Origin: Eledone cirrhosa
Taxonomy: Eukaryota
Reading direction: 5' to 3'
Length of the DNA: 64,000 bases
NCBI GenBank assembly: GCA_964016885.1
Contig: OZ024741.1
Coordinates: 58,466,001-58,530,000, forward strand
This document shows positions 12,775 through 25,788 of this stretch, piece by piece (the stretch's first letter is position 1; the number at the start of each line of letters is the position of its first letter). The position numbers and the translations under genes are program-made. The notes beneath the pieces were generated by a model. That model was not told the DNA's origin and did not search any database. It was given only the letters and a program-made list of their open reading frames with translations.

Positions 12775-14784
12775 AATGGATTATGGCGGGATGGGGGAAG
12801 TAGAGAAGACTATCAAGTGGCCAGGAGGGAAGCTAGGAGACAAGTGTACTTAGCAAGAAGGGAAGCTGAGGAAAGAAAGTTCAAGCATGTTCTACAACGC
12901 GATGACCAAAAACGTGAGGTGTTCAGGATTGCTAGGCAATGCGTCAAGGAAAACCGTGATATTGTCGGGGAGAAGTGTGTACTAAACGACGATGGAACAC
13001 TTGCCATCACCGACGCTGATAAGAAGGTAGCTTGGAAGTGTCACTATGAAAGGCTACTAAATGAGGAGAATAAATGGAAGAAAGACAGTCTCCCCCATAT
13101 CGACCCAATAGATGGACCAGCAGTGTTAGTCGAGGGGAGTATAATAAGTAAGGCAATCAAGGATATGAAGACGGGTAAGGCGGCTGGGCCTTCGGAAATA
13201 GTTGCTGAGATGCTGAAGGCATCTGGCACGGTGGGACACACCATGGTCACCCGCATAGTTAACCAAGTCGTACAGAATGGGGTTGTTCCGAAGGACTGGC
13301 ATAGCAGCATCATCGTTAACTGTTATAAGGGTAAAGGAGACGCCCTAGATAGGAGTAACTATAGAGGCATTAAATTAATCGACCAGGTCATGAGGGTCAC
13401 GGAAAAAGTAATAGCGCAACTAATCAGAGAGAGAATTGACCTAGATGAAATGCAGTTCGGGTTTGTGTCAGGCAAAAGTACCACAGACGCTCTTTTCATA
13501 GTACGACAACTACAGGAGAAGTACCTAGCTAAAGGTAAACCCCTCTACTTAGCTTTTGTCGACTTGGAGAAAGCCTTCGACAGAGTCCCCCGCTCCATTA
13601 TCTGGTGGGCTCTTAGAAAACTAGGCGTTGACGAATGGCTTGTGAGGGCTATACAAGCCATGTATAAAGAAACAGTCAGCAAGGTTAGAATTAACAACGA
13701 ATATAGTGAAGAGTTTAGCGTAAAAGTTGGCGTCCATCAGGGCTCTGTTCTCAGCCCCCTACTATTTATTATTGCCCTTCAGGCTATAACGGGGGAGTTC
13801 AAGACAGGCTGCCCATGGGAACTCCTATACGCAGACGACCTGACACTCATAGCGGAATCAATGGCCGAGCTAGAGAAGAAATTCCAAACATGGAAGCACG
13901 GCCTAGAGTCAAAAGGACTTAAAATTAACCTGGCTAAGACCAAAGTTCTAGTTTGTAGGAAAGAAAACAAGGCGGCGGTCCCTTCTGGGAAATGGTCGTG
14001 CTCGGTGTGTAGGAAAGGCATAGGTAGAAACTCCATTTTATGTCCTAAATGCAAAGTATGGGTGCATAAAAGATGTAGTGGGATCACAGGTAAGCTAACT
14101 AAGAACATAGATTTTACATGTGGCCGGTGTTCTGGTGCAATAAGTAGCAGCAAGTGCCCACAAAATACTAGCTCTTTCAATTGCGCAGAGGGTTCTATAG
14201 AAATAGTGGACAGCTTCCGTTACCTGGGCGATAAAATCAGCAGTGGGGGAGGGTGCTCTGAAAGTACTGTAGCTAGAGTCAGAACTGGTTGGAAAAAGTT
14301 CAGAGAGCTTATACCACTATTAGCTGCTAAAGGGTTCTCCCTAAAAATGAAAGGCAGGTTGTACGATGCCTGCATACGAACAGCAATGCTGCATGGCAGT
14401 GAGACCTGGGCATTGTGTGCAGAGGATATACGCAGACTAGAGAGGAACGAAGCTTGCATGCTCCGCTGGATGTGTAACAGTAATATACGTGAACGGCAAA
14501 GCATAAACGAACTAAGGAAAAAATTAGAGATAAGAGGGATCAGATGTTGTTTACTCGAGAGAAGGCTACGTTGGTATGGACACGTGATGCGCATGAAAGT
14601 CGATAGCTGTATAACAAAGTGCAGGGCAATAAAGATAGACGGTAGTCACGGAATAGGCAGACCTAGAAAAACCTGGGACGAGCTGATAAACTCCGACATC
14701 ACACACTTACACCTCTCCAAGACAATGTCACTGGACCGAGACCTTTGGCGGTACTCAGTAACAGAGAAGACCCGCCTTACCTAA
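12770..14784 (+). pseudogene. RTE ORF lacking endonuclease (RT + internal PHD-type finger + C-terminus)
   Basis: Motifs QFGF, AFVDLEKAFD, GVHQGSVLSP, LLYADD, FRYLG, GRPRKTW. The ATG called at 12709 lies outside the element, and the N-terminal extension runs through the microsatellite. Confidence 0.9.
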
Positions 14785-15178
14785 ATATATAGTAAAACCT
14801 ACTCCAGCCAGTAGGCATCTCTAACAAAATACACCCCGTCCCACCCCCACCACCCCCACCCCATCCACACCACCCCGTTCTATGTAAAGTTATGTTGGTG
14901 CCGCGCCATCCAGGCCGAAACAAATGAAATCGTGTAGGTGTCACGACAAAAAAAACACAGTCCACGCTGTAATGTGGCCGTGTAGGCAACACGGTAAAAA
15001 CCTCCCAGACCCACACTGTAAATGTGGTTGGTGTTAGGAAGGGCATCCAACTGTAGAAAACCTGCCAGACAGTCCTATGCGAGCAAGACAATCACTCTTG
15101 CCTCAAGTGGGACTACCCCCGTCCAAACCCATGCAAGCGTGGAACACGGACGTTAAACGTTGATGATGATGATGATGA
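12770..15178 (+). mobile_element. RTE LINE family A, 5'-truncated, young
   Basis: Uninterrupted RT frame, about 375-nt 3' UTR, terminal stem-loop and (GAT)n tail. The 5' end abuts a (TA)n tract. Confidence 0.95.
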
Positions 15179-15599
15179 ATATATGTATATGTTTGATTTT
15201 GTTATTAAATTAACTAACTGCAACTAGAATATTTAGTTCAGTTTTATCAATCTATCATTTGAAATTTAAATCAAATTGAACTTCAGAAAATATAAACAGA
15301 CTTGTGAATACAAATGTTTTTAGGAATTATATATAACTAGTGGACCCATACTATCAATAATGAAGGCAACAGCATTGAACATATTTATATTTTAATAATT
15401 TATTTATAAGATATCATTTCAGGAATGTTTAACATGTTGCAAATTATATATAAAATAAAATGTTGTAGAAGCAACTTTTAAGTAATGGATATTTACAGTA
15501 TCAAATGTAATGATTGAACCCAGGATGTTGTAATTGGAAAGTGAAACTCTTATTGTAGTAAAATGACTGAAATAGGAAATGCATTGTGTGATTTTAAGA

Positions 15600-18035
<2,436 letters not shown>

Positions 18036-18109
18036 CTTTGAAATGTTTTGGCCAGTATTGGCCCAGGCCATGTCTAACTTAATAGCACCACCTGGCGAAG
18101 TCTTTCAAT

Positions 18110-21100
18110 TCAGGATTTGGGCACCATGGCCCATTCGAGAAGAGAATTACTGTTTGCGGAGACATATCCGGGTGTGGGTGGTTTGTCCGGGATTACTTGG
18201 AGGAATTTGTCCAAAGACTTCTTGAATTTTGAGTGGTCAGTTTCTGTTTTGACGTGTCCTGGTGTGATGTTGAAGAGAGCAGGGCCGATTGAGGTGAAAT
18301 AATTGTGCCGTATTGTTGTTATGAGTTGCGATTTAGATTTTTGAATGGGACGGATAGCACGGGGCCCAAGCCTTGGGTGTATCTTGAAGGCGATGCCAAC
18401 ATCATTTGGGCAGTGATGATGGAACATTTTCCACATCATGCAGATAATATAACGCTCACGGCGACGTTGGAGTGAGTAAAGTTTCAGGTTTTCCAATCGA
18501 CCCCAGTAGTCAAGGTCTGACATGCCATCTATCTTTTTCGTGATTGCCCTTTGAGGAGCTTCAAGTTTCATGATACTTTGTTTCGTGTGGGGAGACCACA
18601 GTGGACAACAGTATTCAAGGTGTGGTCGGGCGAAAGTAGAGAAGAGAAGGATAATGGTGCGGGAATCTCTCGACTGGAAGGTTCTGAGGATCCAGGAACA
18701 CATTCTGCGGGCCATGTCAACTTTGCTGCTTATATGCGTGGTCCAGCTTATGTTGCTGTCCACGGTTACTCCCAAGTCTCTGATGTTGTTAGATGCCACG
18801 AGAGTTTCCCCGGAGGGAAGGGAGTACGGGAGTTTCAGAGCATCCTCTTTTCTAAAGTGGATCAGTTCGAATTTGTCCTCGTTCAGTAACATGTTGTTCT
18901 TTTCTGCCCATTGGGTAACAGCCAGTAGGTCTGACTGAAGGCTTATCCGGTCATCCACGCCATTGATGACCTTTTGGAGCTTGGAATCATCAGCGAAAAT
19001 TTTAATGTTGCTGTGTTTGATGATGTCAGTGATGTCATTAATATAGATGATGAAGAGAAGTGGGCCCAACACAGTGCCTTGTGGGACTCCACTACTGACT
19101 TTGGCTGGGCTTGATTTGACTCCCTCAACTACAACATGTTGGGTTCTGTTTGACAGGAAGCTCTTGATCCACTGCAGCAGCTTTCCAGTGACACCAATAT
19201 TGGACAGCTTTCTCAGTAGAATGTTATGATCAACCCTGTCAAAGGCCTTGCTGAAATCAAGGTAGATAACATCAGTGTTGGAACCCTCTCCCAAGGCTCT
19301 CAAAATGTCATCAAAGTGATGCAGTAGTTGCGTCAGGCAATCCCTTCCATTACGGAATCCATGCTGGTTGGAGTTCAGCATATTGTTACTCTCAAGGAAG
19401 TGGGTCATTCGCGATCTCACCACTCACTCAAATACCTTAATGATATGAGAGGTGAGTGAGATTGGACGGTAATTCACGGCAAGGGATTTGTTTCCCTTTT
19501 TGAAAACTGGGACAACAGACTGGGATAGAAGGTTTTCTGGCACATATCCAGCATCCAGTGAGTTCCGCCACAGATTGGCAAGAGGAGAAGCAAGTTGGTG
19601 TTGACACGCCTTCAGGACACAAGCAGGGAACCTATCGGGACCTACTGCTGAATTATGCTTGATTTCCTTTATTGCCGCCAAGACATCAGGGGCGCCAAAC
19701 GTTATGTCCGATAAGGTGTAATGGGGAGTAACATCGCCGATACAGCCCAGATCGGCCATATCAGGATTGCTGAAAACAGAGCAGTATTGTTTCTGCAGTA
19801 TCTCACCCATGGTTTTAGCATTGTCTTGAAGAGTGCCATTTTCATCAATTAGAGGGCCAACAGTAGAGCCAGTGATTTTGTGTTTTTTTGCAAATGAAAA
19901 GAACACTTTGGGATTGAGTTTGATCTTCTCAATGGCCCAGGCCTCTTCAGCTCTTCTCTGATTGTTGATGAGGGACATTATGTTGTTTTGGAGGTTATGT
20001 TTTTTAATCTCTAGTGATGAAATGGCAGTCAAGTTGATGTGTTGCTGCTGACAGTATTTCAGCTTGTTGATTTTTTTGTTCGTTCTCTTAATTTTTCTGA
20101 TGAGCGTTTTTCTATTTCTAGGGATTCTGCTCTTAGATTTGTTTATAGTTCTTAATGGGGTGTGTTTAGCACATATGTTTGTAACAGTGTCCACAAATGT
20201 CTGCCAGGACTTTTTGATGTTAGTGGGTGTATGAGTGTGCGTGAAGGACCAGTCGACATGTGCAAGATCATGACTGATCGCTTCCCAGTTTGCATTGTGG
20301 AAATCCATAGCGTCAAACGGATGGACAGGAGAGATGACATTGGGTTTGTATATTGGACGGTGGAATCTCAGATCACAGAGAACCATGTCATGATCAGAGA
20401 GTAGAGTTTTCTCCACTGCAATATTGTGGATATTGTCAGTGTGATTGCTGAAAATTAAGTCTAGGACGTTTTTGTGGCACCTCGTTGGTTCGAGCACTAG
20501 TTGGGATAGGAAGAAATCATCCATGAAGTCAAGAAGTGATTCCACAGCTTCCCTGTCAGAGGTTGAGGCAGAAGAACCTGGTGGCAGGGTGTTTGTGGAC
20601 CAGTCAACTCCGGGGAGGTTGAAGTCCCCCATCATTAAGATGTTGTCAGGGTGACACTCTTGGATGAAACACTTTATGCTGTTGAGGCATTCCTTGAAGC
20701 ATGGTACAGGCGTTTGGGGTGGCCTATAGAGCCCAACTACTAATAGGTTGTTGGTTTGACTGAATACAGTGACTGCCTCACAGTATCCATTAGTGAATAT
20801 GTTCATAGCCTCTGTTGAGAAAGAATTATGGACATAAATGGCAGTTCCGCCCTTTCTTCTGCCAGCGCGATCAGCACGGATGGCTTTGAAATTTTTCACT
20901 TTCACCTCGGCTTCCAAGTGGAGGTTACTGAGATGGGTTTCAGTGAGGACGAAGAAAGGGATGTGGTTTGGATGGACATCAATCCAGTCCTCCAGGAATT
21001 TGATCTTCCATTTTTGAGTATTGGTGGAAGGGCTGATGCCTTGGGCGTTAAGCAAAAATGTAGAGGCGAGAGTGGATGGTTTTAATTGTTTTGGTGTGTT

Positions 21101-21130
21101 GTTAATTTGTTTGTTTGTTAATGGCAGCAA
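18110..21130 (-). pseudogene. CR1-type ORF2 (APE endonuclease + RT) with a single in-frame TGA at 19424-19426
   Basis: EN motifs LTETHL, GLYRPP, MGDFN, SDHD. RT motifs YLDFSKAFD, GVPQGTVLGP, FADD. CR1-like LEYCCPLWSP and YSLQRRRER. The two track ORFs are contiguous and in frame. Confidence 0.9.
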
Positions 21131-21870
21131 TGGGAGTTTGTGCAGTGGGGTGATAGTGGAGGGTGGTGCTGGGTGATAGCTCGAATGTTTTTTTCCAGTT
21201 CTTTTGCCAGATTCATTATGGCTAAAAAAGAGGAAGAAGTTTCCTGTTTAGAGGACTGTTGGTGACTGTGGTAGTGGTTATTTTTATGTAGGTTATGGTT
21301 TTTGTTTTTGCTTTTATTTTTAATTTTATTTTCATTTATCCGACGGGTCCCCGGGAGATGGGTAAAGGGACAATCCCGGTCTAAACACAATCTGTCTCGC
21401 AGGGAAAAACGGCAGATTTGTGGATTCCTTGTTTGAGTTATTGGTGGTTGTGTTGGTGTTAAATTAGAGTATGTATTATGGTGGTGGCTGTTTGTGGGGA
21501 TAGATCGTTTTGTCCTAGGTAAATGGGTGAATTTGCAGCCACTATCCGTACATATTCTATAGCGTAGAGAGTAGCGGCAAATGATGGGGTTTCGAGTGGG
21601 TGGGGGTGTGGGTGTTGTGAGAGGTGTAGATGATTGTTTGGGTAGGATTTGACGACCTTTGTGGACTGTGGGAGGGAGAGTTCTTGTTCTGGTATTAGAA
21701 GGTAAATTCCTTGACATAGCAGTAGACAAAAATGTTGTAGTAGTAGTAGTAGGCAGAGATGTTGGCAGTGGTGATGATTGGACTGCTGGGCCAGAGAAAG
21801 GATGTGGCGTTTCATGCTGTGAGACAGAGGCTACTGGGGGGTCAATAGTTTCATTTAGTAGATCGGCCAT
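21118..21870 (-). CDS. CR1-type ORF1 (C-terminal part) with two CCCH zinc fingers
   Basis: [19 protein letters not shown] and [19 protein letters not shown]. The frame stays open upstream of the ATG as far as the TA junction. Confidence 0.75.
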   Translation of the reverse strand: MADLLNETIDPPVASVSQHETPHPFSGPAVQSSPLPTSLPTTTTTTFLSTAMSRNLPSNTRTRTLPPTVHKGRQILPKQSSTPLTTPTPPPTRNPIICRYSLRYRICTDSGCKFTHLPRTKRSIPTNSHHHNTYSNLTPTQPPITQTRNPQICRFSLRDRLCLDRDCPFTHLPGTRRINENKIKNKSKNKNHNLHKNNHYHSHQQSSKQETSSSFLAIMNLAKELEKNIRAITQHHPPLSPHCTNSHCCH

Positions 21871-21920
21871 TGTTGATGAATCAAGGAGTGGTTCACACTG
21901 TTGTTGTCGTTGTTGTTGTT

Positions 21921-22421
21921 ATATATGTATATATATATATATGTATATATGTATATATATATATATGTATATATGTATATATATATGTATATATATATAT
22001 ATGTATATATGTATATATATATATATATGTATATATGTATATATATATATATGTATATATATATGTATATATATATATATGTATATATGTATATATATAT
22101 ATATGTATATATATATGTATATATATATATATATGTATATATGTATATATATATATATGTATATATATATGTATATATATATATATGTATATATATATGT
22201 ATATATATATATATGTATATATGTATATATGTATATATATATGTATATATATATGTATATATGTATATATATATGTATATATATATGTATATATATATAT
22301 GTATATATATATATATGTATATGTATGTATATATATATATATGTATATGTATATATATATGTATATGTATATATATATGTATATGTATATATATATGTAT
22401 ATATATATATGTATATGTATG

Positions 22422-22470
<49 letters not shown>

Positions 22471-22621
22471 GTATATATATATGTATATATATGTATATGT
22501 ATATGTATATATATGTATATATATATGTATATATATATGTATATATATATGTATATATGTATATATATATGTATATATGTATATATATATGTGTATATAT
22601 ATGTGTATATATATGTATATA

Positions 22622-22657
<36 letters not shown>

Positions 22658-22947
22658 TATATGTATATATATATGTATATATGTATGTATATATGTATAT
22701 ATGTATGTATATATGTATATATATATGTATATATGTATATATATATATATGTATATATGTATGTATATATGTATGTATATATGTATATATATATGTATAT
22801 ATGTATATATATATATATGTATATATGTATGTATATATGTATGTATATATGTATATATATATGTATATATGTATATATATATGTATATACATATATATGT
22901 ATATACGTATGTATATATATATGTATATACATATATATGTATATACG

Positions 22948-22985
<38 letters not shown>

Positions 22986-22987
22986 CG

Positions 22988-23027
<40 letters not shown>

Positions 23028-23029
23028 CG

Positions 23030-23071
<42 letters not shown>

Positions 23072-23073
23072 CG

Positions 23074-23111
<38 letters not shown>

Positions 23112-23147
23112 CGTATGTATATATATATATATATATGTATATATACG

Positions 23148-23184
<37 letters not shown>

Positions 23185-23209
23185 GTATGTATATGTATAT
23201 ATATATACG

Positions 23210-23248
<39 letters not shown>

Positions 23249-23334
23249 GTATGTATATATATATATATATACGTATGTATATATATATATATACGTATGT
23301 ATATATATATATACGTATATATATATACGTATAC

Positions 23335-23405
<71 letters not shown>
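21921..23405. repeat. Compound (TA)n/TATG microsatellite with a TACG-flavoured distal part
   Basis: Direct reading. Confidence 0.97.
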
Positions 23406-23406
<1 letters not shown>

Positions 23407-23480
23407 GTTGTGAGTTCGATTCCTGGACCAGGCGATGCGTTATGTCCTTGAGCAAGACACTTTATTTCACGTTGCTCCTT
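23406..23480 (+). mobile_element. 5'-truncated CORE-like SINE fragment
   Basis: GAGTTCGATTCC B-box then GTCCTTGAGCAAGACACTTTATTTCACGTTGCTCC. Confidence 0.7.
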
Positions 23481-23598
23481 CTACCTGGAGTTGCGACTGA
23501 TAGTTAGTATTAGCAATTGGAAAGACCAACGGAAACATTTTTCCCTCGGTCCGATTTGACGAAAGTCGATCGTTCCTTTATATATGTATATATGTATG

Positions 23599-23631
<33 letters not shown>

Positions 23632-23649
23632 ATATATATATATGTATAT

Positions 23650-24441
23650 ATCATCATCATCATCACCATCAACGTTTAACGTCCGTGTTCCACGCTTGCA
23701 TGGGTTTGGACTGGGGTAGTCCCACTTGAGGCAAGAGTGATTGTCTTGCTCGCATAGGACTGTCTGGCAGGTTTTCTACAGTTGGATGCCCTTCCTAACA
23801 CCAACCACATTTACAATGTGGGTCTGGGAGGTTTTTACCGTGTTGCCTACACGGCCACATTACAGCGTGGACTGTGTTTTTTTGTCGTGACACCTACACG
23901 ATCTCATTTGTTTCGGCCTGGATGGTGTGGCACCAACACAACTTTACATAGAACGGGGTGGCGTGGATGGGGTGGGGGGGTGTATTTTGTTAGAGATGCC
24001 TACTGGCTGTAGTAGGTTTTACTATGTATTTAGGTAAGGCGGGTCTTCTCTGTTACTGAGTACCGCCAAAGGTCTCGGTCCAGTGACATTGTCTTGGAGA
24101 GGTGTAAGTGTGTGAGGTCGGAGTTTATCAGCTCGTCCCAGATTTTTCTAGGTCTGCCTATTCCGTGGCTACCGTCTATCTTTATTGCCCTGCACTTTGT
24201 TATACAGCTATCGACTTTCATGCGCATCACGTGTCCATACCAACGTAGCCTTCTCTCGAGTAAACAACATCTGATCCCTCTTATTTCTAATTTTTTCCTT
24301 AGTTCGTTTATGCTTTGCCGTTCACGTATATTACTGTTACACATCCAGCGGAGCATGCAAGCTTCGTTCCTCTCTAGTTTGCGTATATCCTCTGCACACA
24401 ATGCCCAGGTCTCACTGCCATGCAACATTGCTGTTCGTATG
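23650..24441 (-). mobile_element. RTE family A, 5'-truncated (~0.8 kb)
   Basis: Reverse complement of ~14372-15178. TA/TATG tracts on both sides. Confidence 0.95.
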
Positions 24442-24689
24442 TGTATATATATATATGTATGTGTATATATATATATGTATGTGTATATATATATATGTAT
24501 ATGTATATATATATATGTATGTATATATATATGTATGTATATATATATGTATATATATATGTATGTATATATATATGTATGTGTATATGTATATATATAT
24601 ATGTATGTATGTATATATATGTATATATATATATGTGTGTATACACATCTACATGTGTATGTATATGCATGGGGACATAGAAATAGTTA

Positions 24690-25506
24690 GGCTGGACACC
24701 CGATTGCGCGGTTAAACCACTGGGAGTGAAGGACCACTAGCCTTTGTCAGGGCATTCTTCTAGGAGAAGGCAACTCAGGAAACTGGGTTATCTCCGATAT
24801 AAAACCTGCGGCTCACTAGGAACCAATGATGCTGACCGTTTCTTCTTTTCGGCTTATAGCGACTGTCGCTCAGAGAGTGGGATCGGCTCAGTGCACAATC
24901 TTTCCTCACTTTAAAAAATATCTTAATGCACAGGCATTGCACGATAGAATTAATTAATAATTATTAATAATGGTATATCGTGCAATACTCGATAACAAGG
25001 GGTCAGCCATCATCATTTCATTTTACGTCCACTTTTTCCCAGCTTGCAAGGGTGGGACGGGAACTGATTCTGGCTTGATTTCTACAGTTGGATGCCCTTC
25101 CTAACACCAACCGCATTTACAGTGAGTGCTGGGTGCTTTTTTGCTGTGGCACCTCCACGACCACTTTGCAGTGGAATGATATGGACCCCAGTGCCTATCA
25201 TCTCATTTCTACAGCTGAGTAAACTGGATCAATGTGAAATAAAGTGTCTTGCTCAAGGAAACAACACATCACCTGGTCTGAGAATTGAACTCACAACCTT
25301 TCAATTGCAAGGCCAATGCTCTAACCACTGATATATGTATGCTGGGCCCAGCACTATGTGTCAATAATTGTCACAAGTGTAGTGTTTGTACCAGAGTTTT
25401 CAAGTCGCTGGCTGGACTAAAAATTCACTCGTTCAGCGCATCGGTAGGAGTTCTCCTACATGGATATAAAGTAGTGGCCGTACTCAAAAACGAGTTGGCA
25501 GCCACC
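24690..25506 (+). mobile_element. Internally deleted derivative of a different RTE lineage (5' UTR-like part + C2H2/3' end), interrupted by a SINE
   Basis: CTAGGAGAAGGCAACTC and TTCCTCACTTTAAAAAAT resemble RTE/BovB-type 5' UTRs (recollection). [18 protein letters not shown]2H2-like peptide at 25378-25428. Terminal hairpin GTGGC..ACTC-AAAAAC-GAGT..GCCAC. Confidence 0.5.
25008..25330 (-). mobile_element. Chimeric SINE: tRNA head + CORE-like domain + RTE-B 3' UTR + RTE-C terminus
   Basis: Each segment matches separate elements in this window (3555 SINE, 56670-56830, 55340-55390). Confidence 0.7.
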
Positions 25507-25788
25507 ATATATATACATATGTGTATGTATATATGTATGTATATATATATATATATGTGTGTATGTATATGTGTATGTATATATGTATGTATATATGTGT
25601 ATGTATATATGTATGTATATATATATATATGTGTGTATGTATATGTGTATGTATATATGTATGTATATATATGTGTAAGTATATGTGTATATGTGTATAT
25701 ATATATGTATATGTATATATGTATATATGTGTATGTATATGTATATATGTGTATGTATATATGTATATATATATATATGTATGTATAT
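25507..25788. repeat. TA/TATG microsatellite
   Basis: Direct reading. Confidence 0.95.

Larger units (their letters stand above)
18036..21920 (-). mobile_element. CR1-type LINE, probably 5'-truncated within ORF1
   Basis: ORF1 plus EN-RT ORF2, and a short 3' UTR with a GGCCA-ATAC-TGGCC hairpin. Both ends join TA arrays directly. Confidence 0.9.

Noticed and set aside
13044-14594. Antisense ORFs overlapping RTE RT (also at 26222-28771, 32785-33600, 40096-41247)
   Set aside because: Shadow frames of the RT coding strand. They recur only because the elements are copies.
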